Of a stretch of DNA of 32,000 nucleotides, positions 1 through 8,607 are shown piece after piece. Within the stretch, counting starts at the first letter, position 1, and every line of letters begins with the position of its first letter. Source of the DNA: Phycisphaera mikurensis NBRC 102666 (GTDB lineage Bacteria > Planctomycetota > Phycisphaerae > Phycisphaerales > Phycisphaeraceae); the NCBI RefSeq assembly GCF_000284115.1, contig NC_017080.1, positions 2,220,001-2,252,000 of the forward strand, given 5' to 3'. The position numbers and the translations under genes are program-made. The notes beneath the pieces were generated by a model, which ran no database searches, was not told where the DNA came from, and saw only the letters and a list, made by a program, of their open reading frames with translations.

Positions 1-918
1 GCGTCGCTCGCCCTCCTGCCCGACGATCTCCGCGCGACCGAGGCGCTGGCCGGGCTGCTCGACGACGCCGACGACGGCGTCCGCATCGCCGCTTACGAGG
101 CGGTCGCCGGCGGCAGCGCGCTGGTCGAGCGGACCGCCGTGGAGAATCTCGACGGCGTGAAGTTCCTCATCGACCGGGTACCGGCGGAGCGGCCGCTGGT
201 GCTGGCGATCCCGCGGGGCGTCCCGCGGCTGGTGATCTTCGGGCCGCAGACCGGCTTCACGCCTCCGGTGTTCGACGCGGACCCCGCCGGGGCCCTGCTC
301 ATCCGGACGCCGACCTCTTTCGCGCAGGCGATGTCGGGGCTGCGCGACGGCGACACCGCCTTCCTGCCCGCCGTGGGCCGGACGCAGGTGCGCGACGGCG
401 CGGAGGGCCCCGTGGCCGAGGCGCTCGACGCGGAAGGCGCCATCCTCAGCGTCGAGCTGGGCGGGGCCGCCGAGGCGTTCGCGTCTGCGCTCCCGCTGGG
501 CGGGAGCGCGGGCGGCGTGCCGGCGACGCTGCGCTGCCGGGTGGAGGATGCGGGGCGCGGCACCGTGTCGCTGCTGGGCCTCGAGCCGGGGCTGGGCAGC
601 ATGCCGCTGTCGATCTTCTACCGCGGCCCCGGGGGCGAGGGCGCGACCACCGAGCGGGTCGCGCCGACGGTCGCGGCGTTGGCCTTCTTCCTCGCCCACC
701 GGCCCACGATGGGCACGCCGCAGGAGGGGCTGGACCTCTCCTACGGCCGCACCGTCTCGGTGCTCGAGCGCCTCGCGCGCGGCGGTTCGATGCCCAGCCC
801 CATGAGGCTCCTCGACAACCCGCTCGCGGCCCGGGTGGCCGAGGCCGAGGCGGCCGAAGAGGCGAGCCGGGCCGGTCGCCAGCTCAGCGGCGCGACGCTG
901 CCCGCTGATGGTTCCTAG
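1..918 (+). CDS. Hypothetical protein, 5'-truncated by the window edge (short HEAT-like helical N-terminal segment, then an unidentified domain; possibly flagellar P-ring-like)
   Basis: Frame 1 is open from base 1 (ASLALLPDDLRATEALAGLLDDADDGVRIAAYEAV...) through the listed 139..918 ORF to TAG at 916-918; family recognised only weakly. Confidence 0.75.
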   Translation, partial: ASLALLPDDLRATEALAGLLDDADDGVRIAAYEAVAGGSALVERTAVENLDGVKFLIDRVPAERPLVLAIPRGVPRLVIFGPQTGFTPPVFDADPAGALLIRTPTSFAQAMSGLRDGDTAFLPAVGRTQVRDGAEGPVAEALDAEGAILSVELGGAAEAFASALPLGGSAGGVPATLRCRVEDAGRGTVSLLGLEPGLGSMPLSIFYRGPGGEGATTERVAPTVAALAFFLAHRPTMGTPQEGLDLSYGRTVSVLERLARGGSMPSPMRLLDNPLAARVAEAEAAEEASRAGRQLSGATLPADGS

Positions 919-950
919 CGCGTCGCGCCCGATCACCGGGCCACCGCCCG

Positions 951-996
951 CCGCGGACCGCGGGCCCGCGGACGCCAGAACGCCCGCGGTCCGCGG
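951..996. terminator. Inverted repeat / candidate bidirectional terminator, GC-rich CCGCGGACCGCGGG...CCCGCGGTCCGCGG
   Basis: Perfect 14-nt arms 951-964 and 983-996 between convergent genes; no clear T-tract. Confidence 0.5.
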
Positions 997-1055
997 GTCG
1001 GCGGTGCCGCCTCGCCGCGGCGCCGCCTCGCCGCGTCCGGCGGCGCCCGCGGGCG

Positions 1056-2177
1056 TCAGCGCATGCGGTACGCGATCCGGAGGCGTCCGACCGATTCGAT
1101 CAGGCGGCGGAGGTCGGCCGCGGCGACGCGGCCCGAGGAGAAGTCCGCCGACGCCTCCGCGAAGGGGTCGCCGGTGCGAGCCCCCAGCAGGCCGAGCAGG
1201 CCGCCGCCGCCGCGCTCGAGGATCGTGACACGGGCCTCCTCGGCGTCGGCGACGCCCAGCGTGGTCGACACCGACGCGATCGCGTCCTCCAGGTACCCCA
1301 CCTCGTCGACGAGCCCGTTCTCCACCGCCGCCGCCGAGGTGAAGACCGAGCCGTCCGCCACGCCGCCGACGCTGTCCTCGTCGAGCGCCGGCCGCCCCGC
1401 CACGACCACCGAGGCGAAGCGCTCGTACGCGTCGTCGATGAGCGTCGCGACGACCGCCCGGTCGGCCTCGGTCCAGTCGCGGTACAGGTTGTTGGCGTTG
1501 TCCTTGCGGGGGCTGCCGTCGGCGACCAGCGTGACCCAGTCGACGCCGAGCTTGTCCATGGCGCCCGCGAGCGTCGGCACCTGGGCGATCACGCCGATGG
1601 AGCCGGTGAAGCCGGTGGGCTCGATGAAGATGCGGTCGGTGCCGGCCGCCACGTAGTAGCCGCCGGAGGCCGCGACGCCGCCGAAGCTGGCGACGACGGG
1701 CAGGTCGGGGTGGCGCTCCTGGAAGCGCTCGAGCTCGTGCCAGATCCGGTCCGACGCGGTCACGCCGCCGCCGCCGGACTCCACCCGCAGGATCAGCGCG
1801 TCGGGGAGGCGGCCGGGCTTCTCGAGGCTGCGCAGCGCCTCGCCGCAGAACCAGGCCATCTCCTCGTCGATGACGCCGACCACCGGCAGCACGGCGACGT
1901 GCTTGGGGTCGATGCCGACCCCCTCCCGCAGCACCGTCTCCGCCGGGCCGGCGGTCATCGCGTAGACCAGCGCTCCCAGGTACAGGTTCAGGAGCAGCGA
2001 GAACAGCAGCAAGGCGACGGCGAGGGAGCTGAGCACCTTGCCGATCCAGCCGCCGCGTCTGGCGGCGGGGGCGGCGAAGGCCCACGGCGGCGCGAAGCCC
2101 GGAGGCGGCGGCGGGAACGGGTGGGCGGCCGCGGGGTCGACGGGCGGCCGCGGCGCGGGCGGGGTAGAGTCGGGCAT
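1056..2177 (-). CDS. sppA: Signal peptide peptidase SppA-like S49 serine peptidase
   Basis: ATG at 2177 (MPDSTPPAP...), N-terminal TM segment, S49-like core VVASFGGVAASGGYYVAAGTDRIFIEPTGFTGSIGVI. Confidence 0.9.
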   Translation of the reverse strand: MPDSTPPAPRPPVDPAAAHPFPPPPPGFAPPWAFAAPAARRGGWIGKVLSSLAVALLLFSLLLNLYLGALVYAMTAGPAETVLREGVGIDPKHVAVLPVVGVIDEEMAWFCGEALRSLEKPGRLPDALILRVESGGGGVTASDRIWHELERFQERHPDLPVVASFGGVAASGGYYVAAGTDRIFIEPTGFTGSIGVIAQVPTLAGAMDKLGVDWVTLVADGSPRKDNANNLYRDWTEADRAVVATLIDDAYERFASVVVAGRPALDEDSVGGVADGSVFTSAAAVENGLVDEVGYLEDAIASVSTTLGVADAEEARVTILERGGGGLLGLLGARTGDPFAEASADFSSGRVAAADLRRLIESVGRLRIAYRMR

Positions 2178-2262
2178 GGCGCAGGAGGAGCGGGCGGGGC
2201 CACCGGCGCGTCGCGGCCGGTGGGCGTCGAGCGTATGGGAGCCGGACGCGTACGCTCGGCGG

Positions 2263-3153
2263 ATGCCGCCGACGCACCTCCACTTCGACCCCTTCAGCGG
2301 CGTCTCCGGCGACATGATGCTCGGGGCGCTGCTCGACCTCCGCGTCGACGGCAAGCCGCTGCTGGCGGTCAGCGCGCTGGAGGAAGGCCTCCAGAAGCTC
2401 GGCCTCTCCGATCGCTGGACGCTCCGGGTGGGCCGGGTGCAACGCTGCGGCGTCGGCGGCACCGACGTGGGGGTGGTGACGCCCGAGGGCCACCACCACC
2501 GGCATCGGGCCGACCTCCTGGAGCTGGCGGAGCGGCTGGATCTCTCCGCCCGCGGCCACGCCCGGGCCGTCGCGGCGATCGACGCGCTGGCCGCGGCCGA
2601 GGCGCGGGTGCACGGCACGTCGATCGACGCCGTGCACTTCCACGAGGTCGGCGCGATCGACTCCATCGTCGACCTGCTCGGCAACGTGCTCGCGCTGGAG
2701 CTGCTCGGCGTCGACACGCTGTCGTGCGGGCCGCTGCCCGTCGGCCGCGGCTACGTGGACTGCGCCCACGGCCGCATGCCGGTGCCGGCGCCCGCGACCG
2801 CGTACCTCTGCGAGGGCCTGCCGACCGTGGGCGTCGACCGCGAGGGCGAGCTGGTGACCCCGACCGGGGCGGCGCTGGTGTCCACGCTGTGCGACGCCTT
2901 CGGCCCGCCGCCGGCGATGACGGCGGCGGCGACCGGCTACGGAGCCGGGGACCGCGACGACCCGCGGGTGCCCAACCTGCTGCGGGTGGTGCTGGGCTCG
3001 GTGGGCGCGGCGGGGGCCGGTCACCGCCACCGGCCGGGCCAGGCGGGAGCCCGGAGCCACGGCCGCGGCCACGCGGAGGCCGGCAGCCACGGGCATCCGC
3101 ACACGCACGGGCACGCCCCGCCGGCGGAAGCCGCCCCCGGTGCCGGGGGCTGA
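2263..3153 (+). CDS. larC: Nickel pincer cofactor biosynthesis protein LarC, N-terminal (LarC1) domain only, with His-rich C-terminal tail
   Basis: MPPTHLHFDPFSGVSGDMMLGALLDL..., HFHEVGAIDSIVDLLG, SCGPLPVGRGYVDCAHGRMPVPAPAT; ends in GHRHRPG...SHGHPHTHGHAPP. Confidence 0.88.
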   Translation: MPPTHLHFDPFSGVSGDMMLGALLDLRVDGKPLLAVSALEEGLQKLGLSDRWTLRVGRVQRCGVGGTDVGVVTPEGHHHRHRADLLELAERLDLSARGHARAVAAIDALAAAEARVHGTSIDAVHFHEVGAIDSIVDLLGNVLALELLGVDTLSCGPLPVGRGYVDCAHGRMPVPAPATAYLCEGLPTVGVDREGELVTPTGAALVSTLCDAFGPPPAMTAAATGYGAGDRDDPRVPNLLRVVLGSVGAAGAGHRHRPGQAGARSHGRGHAEAGSHGHPHTHGHAPPAEAAPGAGG

Positions 3154-3155
3154 GC

Positions 3156-4598
3156 TTGGCCGTGCTCCTGCTGGGCGCGGTGCTGCTGCTGGCCCTCACG
3201 ACCGACTTCGGCGTCCACGCGCAGCTCGCCGCCGCGGGCTGGGTGCCCGCGGACCCGCTGCCCGCCGGCCCGCTCGTGCTCGGGCTCTGCCTCGGCGCCG
3301 TCGTCGTGCCGCACGCGCTCGCCGGCACGCTGGCGGCGCGTCGGCTGGGCACGGCCGCGGGTGCCGGCCGCCGGTGGCTGGCCCTCCACGAGCGCCTCGC
3401 GGCCGCCGCGCCGCCGCTGCTCCTGCTGGGCTTCGCCGCGGGCCTCGCCTGCGGCTGGGCCGAGGCCGTGCGTGCGTGGATCGGCGACCCGTGGATCTTT
3501 GACGACGCCATCCTCCTGGCGCCGCCGCTCGCCGCGACCGCGCTGATGGACGCCGCGGCGTGGCCGCTGGTCCGGCGGTTCCGCGAGGCGACGCTGCTCG
3601 GTCGGGCCGACGCCGGGCTGCCGATCCACCCCGTGCCCGGCCGGTGGGCCTACGTGGGGTCGCGCTTCCGCGGGGGCGTCGGGATCCTCGGCGTGCCGCT
3701 CGCGCTGGTGCTGGGCTGGAACCAGGCGCTCGAGGCCGCGCTCGCGGCGGCGCCGGACGGCAGCCCGCTCCCGCCTCCGGGCTCGTCGCCCGCTTTGCTG
3801 CTGGCCGCCGCCGGCTCGCTGCTCGCCGTGGCGCTGTGCCCGCCGCTGCTGGTGCGCGTGGTCCCGACGATGCCGCTGCCCATCGGCCCGCTGCGGGACG
3901 AGCTGCTGGCCTTCCTCGCGGCGGAGAAGGTCCGAGCGCGCAGGCTGCGGGTCTGGCTGACCGGCTCCGCCGTCGCCAACGCCGCGCTGGTCGGCCCGCT
4001 CCCGTGCCTCCGCTACCTGATGCTCAGCGACCGGCTCCTGGAGAGCCTCCCGCGGGAGGAGCTGCTCGGCGTGCTCGCCCACGAGACCGGGCACGCCCGC
4101 CACCGCCACCTGCTCTGGCTCGGTGGCTGGGCGATCGCGTCCGCCGTTCTGCTCGCGCTGACGCTCGATGCCGCGGTCCCGCGGCTCCCGGTCGCCGCCG
4201 AGTGGCCGCTGGTCGGCCTCGCGGTGGCGGCCTGGGCGGCCGCCTTCGGCTGGGTCTCCCGGCGCGTGGAGGCGCAAGCCGACGCCCACGCCGCGGCGGC
4301 GATGAGCGACCACCTCGGCCCGGCGACGCCCGACGCCGCGGCGTTCACCCCCGCCGGCGTCGCCGCGATCGCCGACGCGCTCGCCCGCGTCGCCCGCCTC
4401 GCCGGCTCGTCGCAGCGCCGCCGCAGCTTCCGCCACGGATCGATCGCCTCGCGTCGGGCCGCCCTCCTCCGCCTGCTGCACCGGCCGGACGAGCCCGCCG
4501 CCGCCGATCGCGCGATGACCGTCGTGAAGCTCGGGGCCGTCGCCTGCGTGCTGCTGAGCATCGGCCTGGGGCTTCTCGCCAGAGGCCCCTGGATCTGA
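3156..4598 (+). CDS. M48 family zinc metallopeptidase (Ste24/HtpX-like), membrane protein
   Basis: Multiple hydrophobic segments and HExxH motif in LLGVLAHETGHARHRHLLWL; probable TTG start 3156 (or GTG 3162) just after the larC stop. Confidence 0.85.
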   Translation: MAVLLLGAVLLLALTTDFGVHAQLAAAGWVPADPLPAGPLVLGLCLGAVVVPHALAGTLAARRLGTAAGAGRRWLALHERLAAAAPPLLLLGFAAGLACGWAEAVRAWIGDPWIFDDAILLAPPLAATALMDAAAWPLVRRFREATLLGRADAGLPIHPVPGRWAYVGSRFRGGVGILGVPLALVLGWNQALEAALAAAPDGSPLPPPGSSPALLLAAAGSLLAVALCPPLLVRVVPTMPLPIGPLRDELLAFLAAEKVRARRLRVWLTGSAVANAALVGPLPCLRYLMLSDRLLESLPREELLGVLAHETGHARHRHLLWLGGWAIASAVLLALTLDAAVPRLPVAAEWPLVGLAVAAWAAAFGWVSRRVEAQADAHAAAAMSDHLGPATPDAAAFTPAGVAAIADALARVARLAGSSQRRRSFRHGSIASRRAALLRLLHRPDEPAAADRAMTVVKLGAVACVLLSIGLGLLARGPWI

Positions 4599-4609
4599 GG
4601 GAAGCCGAA

Positions 4610-4650
4610 GGCAGGCCGAGCCCCGGCAAGCCGTGGCCCCGGGGCCTGCC
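4610..4650 (+). terminator. Candidate hairpin downstream of the M48 peptidase gene
   Basis: GGCAGGCC (4610-4617) and GGCCTGCC (4643-4650), 8-nt perfect arms. Confidence 0.3.
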
Positions 4651-4682
4651 GCGCGATGGCCCGGGGGCACGCCGGGGCGGAA

Positions 4683-4730
4683 GCCGCGGACCGCGGGCGA
4701 TCCGGCGCGAAGGCGGCCGCGGTCCGCGGC
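4683..4730. terminator. Inverted repeat GCCGCGGACCGCGG...CCGCGGTCCGCGGC between convergent genes
   Basis: Perfect 14-nt arms 4683-4696 and 4717-4730; same core as the element at 951-996. Confidence 0.5.
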
Positions 4731-4735
4731 GCGGC

Positions 4736-5803
4736 CTACGCGGCCAGCGCCTCCAGCAGCCCGTGCACCGCCGCCGCCGGGTCCGCCGCCCCCGTCACCG
4801 AGGCCGCGACCGCCACGCCGCGGACGCCGGCGGCCGCGAGGCCGCCGGCGTTGGCCGGCGTGATGCCGCCGATCGCCAGGTGCGGCAGCCCGGGGTGCCG
4901 CCGGAGCGCCGCCTCCGCGTACGCCACCCCCGCGACCGCCTTGCCCGGCTTGGTTGCCGTGGGGAACATCGGCCCGAGCCCCACCGTGTCCGCCCCGTCC
5001 GCGACCGCGGCCGCCAGCTCGCAGAGACTGGTCGTGCTCACCCCCACGAGGGCCGCGGGCCCGAGCACGCGCCGCGCGTCCGCCACGCCCACGTCGTCCT
5101 GCCCCAGGTGGACCCCATCGGCGCCCGACAGCAGCGCCAGGTCCGGGCGGTCGTTCACGACGACCGCCGCCCGCCGCTCCACCCGGCGCACGACCTCCCG
5201 CGCGTGCGCGAGCAGCGGGCCGCTTGGCGTCTGCTTCTCCCGCACCTGGATCGCGTCCGCTCCCGCGTCGAGCACCGCGGCGAGCAGACGCTCCCAGGGC
5301 AGCCGGCACGCCGCCCGGTCGAGCAGGACGCAGACCCGCCAGGGATGCGCTTGCAGCTGCGCCCGCCGGTCCTTCGCCTGAGCCGCCACCCTCAGCCGGG
5401 TTGCCAGCTCCGCCGCGACGGCGTAGCCGCGGTAGCGGATCGCCTCGATGGCCGCGGCGTCCACGCCCGGCACCGCCTTCCCGTACTCCTCCAGCGCCCG
5501 CAGCGCCTCGGAGGCGCGGCCGCCCGCCGCGGCCACCACCGCCACGACCGTGTCCCGCTCGCCCTCGGCCGGCGTCGTCAGCGTCCGGCCCACGTCGCCG
5601 CCGACGTCGCGGCCCGCGGCGAGGTCGCCCGCGCCCGCCAGCGCCGCGCGCAGCGCGTGACGATCGCTCTTGAGCGTGCCGGCGAGGCGTGAGTCGTCCA
5701 GCAGGAAGCGGGCCGCTTCCTCCATCACCCGCAGCGCCTCCCGCGCCCGGTTGGCGTTCGCATCGAGGATGCGCAGCGGCCCCCGGTCCTCCCGGTGGGG
5801 CAC
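4736..5803 (-). CDS. thiE: Thiamine phosphate synthase with the extra N-terminal domain
   Basis: ILDANANRAREALRVMEEAARFLLDD N-terminal domain; QVREK, GVHLGQDD, GLGPMFPTATKPG, AIGGITPANAG motifs. Start GTG 5803 or TTG 5809, the latter overlapping the upstream stop. Confidence 0.9.
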   Translation of the reverse strand: MPHREDRGPLRILDANANRAREALRVMEEAARFLLDDSRLAGTLKSDRHALRAALAGAGDLAAGRDVGGDVGRTLTTPAEGERDTVVAVVAAAGGRASEALRALEEYGKAVPGVDAAAIEAIRYRGYAVAAELATRLRVAAQAKDRRAQLQAHPWRVCVLLDRAACRLPWERLLAAVLDAGADAIQVREKQTPSGPLLAHAREVVRRVERRAAVVVNDRPDLALLSGADGVHLGQDDVGVADARRVLGPAALVGVSTTSLCELAAAVADGADTVGLGPMFPTATKPGKAVAGVAYAEAALRRHPGLPHLAIGGITPANAGGLAAAGVRGVAVAASVTGAADPAAAVHGLLEALAA

Positions 5804-5805
5804 GC

Positions 5806-7221
5806 TCAAGCCGGCACCCCCATCGTGAGGGCGGTGCCGCCGCTGGCACCCGCCGCCGAGAGGCCCATGAGCACCAGCCACGCCCAGGCCGCGAACGCCG
5901 CCGCCGCCCAGACCGGCCGGTCCCCCCAGGCGGGAACGGCCGACGCGCAGGCGAGCACGCCCGCCAGCACCGCCAGGGCGATCGCCCCCGCCAGCGGGGT
6001 CCCCGCGGCCTCGGCGAGCGGTGGCATCCACGCCGTCGCGGCCGGCAACTCCGCCAGCTGCGCCGTCCAGCCCAGCAGCACCGAGGCGAGCAGCAGCCCC
6101 ACGGCCGAGGCGATCGACACGCCCCGCCAAAGCCACATCCGCCTGCCGGTCTCCGCCGCCTCCGCCATCGCCGAGAGCGCCTGGCCGACCGCCACCGAGC
6201 AGGCCGCCGCGGCGAACAGCGTCGCCCCGGGCCCCGCCCAGCCGCCCGCCAGCGGCAGGCAGGCCGCAAGGGCAACCAGCGCCAGGGCCCAGCCGTGGAT
6301 CAGCCGCCCCGCCGTGCCCTGCCGCTTCACCTGCCCGGTGAAGGGCAACACCGCGGCGCAGGCGACCAGCGGCAGCCACGGCCCCAGGGCGCGGCCGAGG
6401 TCCACCGCGACGCCGGAGAAGCCGCCCGTGCCGCCGGTGGGGGCCGCGGGGAAGAGGCTGGCCACCACGGCCGCGCCCGGCGACGCGGGCAGCAGCCAGG
6501 GGATCACCAGCAGGACGGCCAGGCACGCCGCCGCGAGCAGCCCCGCCGCGTCGCCCAGCCGCCGCGGCGACAGCACGACGAGCACGACCACGGCCGCCGC
6601 GGGCGGCAGCGCCGCGGCCGCGCCCCCCGCCAGCGCCGCCACCGCGAGGCCGACGCCCGCCAGCGCCCACCCCGACGCCAGCCGGGCCACCCGCGCCGGC
6701 GGCTTGAACGGGCGGATCGCGGTGAGCGCCCCCGCCACCGCCAGAAGCGAGGCCGCCAGCTGCAGCGTCGCCGGCGTCGCCGCCCGCCCCCAGGCCCAGA
6801 GCGCCGGGCTGCCCAGCAGCGTCGCGCCCGCCAGCAGGCCCGCCCGCGTGCCGCCGAGCTGCGAACCCGCGCGGCACGCCGCCGCCACCGACAGCGCCAC
6901 CATCAACGCCGACAGCAGCCGCGGCCCCAAAGCCGGCGGAGCCGCCGCTTCCTCGCTCTTGGGCCACCACGCCGCCGCCGGTGGCACCTCCGCGACCGGC
7001 CGCTGCCGCGTCGGGCGGTCCGCCCGCTCCGTCGCCAGCGTCGCGGCCTCCAGGGGCCCGACGCCCGCGTGGCCGGGCACCGCCGCACCGGGGGCGCGTC
7101 GGCCCAGGTGCGGCAGCAGCGGGAGCACCGCCAGCAGCGCCAGCACCGCCACGAGGACCCCGCTGCGCAAGCCGACCCGCGGGGCGGGCGGTCGGGGAGC
7201 CGGAGGAGGAGTCGCGGGCAC
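5806..7221 (-). CDS. Polytopic membrane protein, GT-C / glycosyltransferase-39-like (tentative)
   Basis: Many hydrophobic helices and an ArnT/PMT-like layout with an early GPLEAATLATE segment; putative GTG start at 7221. Confidence 0.6.
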   Translation of the reverse strand: MPATPPPAPRPPAPRVGLRSGVLVAVLALLAVLPLLPHLGRRAPGAAVPGHAGVGPLEAATLATERADRPTRQRPVAEVPPAAAWWPKSEEAAAPPALGPRLLSALMVALSVAAACRAGSQLGGTRAGLLAGATLLGSPALWAWGRAATPATLQLAASLLAVAGALTAIRPFKPPARVARLASGWALAGVGLAVAALAGGAAAALPPAAAVVVLVVLSPRRLGDAAGLLAAACLAVLLVIPWLLPASPGAAVVASLFPAAPTGGTGGFSGVAVDLGRALGPWLPLVACAAVLPFTGQVKRQGTAGRLIHGWALALVALAACLPLAGGWAGPGATLFAAAACSVAVGQALSAMAEAAETGRRMWLWRGVSIASAVGLLLASVLLGWTAQLAELPAATAWMPPLAEAAGTPLAGAIALAVLAGVLACASAVPAWGDRPVWAAAAFAAWAWLVLMGLSAAGASGGTALTMGVPA

Positions 7222-7284
7222 GGGGTCGCGAGGGTAGAGGTCGCGGGAGCGGGCGGCCGCTCCCGCGGCCGCGTAGCCTCGGAC

Positions 7285-8295
7285 ATGCGGATCCTCGTGC
7301 CCGGCGGCGCCGGCTACATCGGCAGCCACGTGGTGCGGGCGCTGCACGACCGCGGCGACACCCCCGTCGTGTTCGACAGCCTCAAGAGCGGCCGCCGGAC
7401 CAACCTGCCCGAAGCCTCGTCGCGGGGCGGCTCGGTCCCGCTCTTCCACGGGGACGTGCGAGATCGGGCCGCGCTCGACGCCGCGTTCGCCGCGGAAGGT
7501 CCTTTCGACGCCGTGGTCCACTTCGCCGCCGAGAAGGCCGCCGGCGCGTCCATGACCGACCCGCAGAGGTTCACCGAGACCAACGTCGTCGGCTCCACCA
7601 ACCTCGTCCACGCGGCGCTGGCGGCAGGCTGCCACCGCCTCGTCTTCTCCTCCACGGCCGCCGTCTACGGAGAGCCGCGGCGCGTGCCCATCGACGAGCG
7701 ACACCCCACCGAACCCGCCAACTGGTACGGCCACACGAAGCTCGCCGTCGAGCGGCTGCTCGGCTGGTACGGCCGGCTCACGCCCTTGAAGTCCGTCGCG
7801 CTCCGCTACTTCAACGCCGCCGGCCTCGACCCCGCCGGCCGCATCCTCCACCAGGAGCCCGCCGCGACGAATCTGATCCCGGTGGTCCTGGAGGTCGCCG
7901 CCGGTCTGCGCGACGGCCCCGTGCGGGTGTTCGGCGACGCCTACGACACGCCCGACGGCACCGGCGTCCGCGACTACGTGCACGTCAGCGATCTCGCCAC
8001 CGCCCACCTCGCCGCCCTGGACGACCTGGCGGCCGACGCATCGACGGCCGGCGCGCACCTCGCCCTGAACCTGGGCACCGGCGACGGCCACAGCGTGCAC
8101 GACGTGCTCGCCGCCGCCCGCCGGATCACCGGCCGCGAGATCCCAAGCGTGGTCGTCCCGCCCCGCCCCGGCGACCCCGCCCGCGTCTACGCGAGCGCCG
8201 AGGCGGCGAGGGAGCGCTGGGGCTGGGCGCCGAGGCACAGCGGGCTCGACGAGCTGATCTCCACCTCCTGGGCGGCCTACGCCCCGCCGGCCTGA
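7285..8295 (+). CDS. galE: UDP-glucose 4-epimerase
   Basis: MRILVPGGAGYIGSHVV Rossmann motif, SSTAAVYGEP, YGHTK catalytic YxxxK, ALRYFNAAGLDP. Confidence 0.93.
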   Translation: MRILVPGGAGYIGSHVVRALHDRGDTPVVFDSLKSGRRTNLPEASSRGGSVPLFHGDVRDRAALDAAFAAEGPFDAVVHFAAEKAAGASMTDPQRFTETNVVGSTNLVHAALAAGCHRLVFSSTAAVYGEPRRVPIDERHPTEPANWYGHTKLAVERLLGWYGRLTPLKSVALRYFNAAGLDPAGRILHQEPAATNLIPVVLEVAAGLRDGPVRVFGDAYDTPDGTGVRDYVHVSDLATAHLAALDDLAADASTAGAHLALNLGTGDGHSVHDVLAAARRITGREIPSVVVPPRPGDPARVYASAEAARERWGWAPRHSGLDELISTSWAAYAPPA

Positions 8296-8335
8296 CGCGG
8301 GGCGGCGGGGCGCCCGACCTCCTCGCCGTCCGGCT

Positions 8336-8355
8336 CGGAGCCGCCGGAGGCTCCG
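8336..8355 (+). terminator. Candidate hairpin downstream of galE
   Basis: CGGAGCC-GCCGGA-GGCTCCG, 7-bp stem, weak downstream tail. Confidence 0.35.
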
Positions 8356-8607
8356 AAGGCACGAGCACGAGCCGGCCGCCCGACGCGGCACGGCCGCCAC
8401 CGCGCCTCGGCCTGCGCCCGCTCGATCAAGCCGCCCCCGCTCGGCGCGGAACCCGCCGCTGCCCGGAACGTGGGGGCGGTGGAGACCCTTCCGCGGGTTC
8501 CGGTGCGGCGGCTTCGCGAGAGGCGAGGCCCCGGCCCGATGTGGGGAAAATACTGAAGGCCCGGACCGGACGTGCCGAAACGAAGAGACCTCGCATCGGA
8601 TCCTCTC

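Noticed and set aside
1710-3155. N-terminal half of ORF 1710..4598 (+)
   Set aside because: Overlaps sppA and larC out of frame with Ala/Gly/Arg-rich composition; the M48 protein most likely begins near 3156.
3021-3200. Programmed frameshift joining larC to a downstream LarC2 domain
   Set aside because: The alternative frames downstream encode a hydrophobic M48 peptidase with no LarC2-like sequence.
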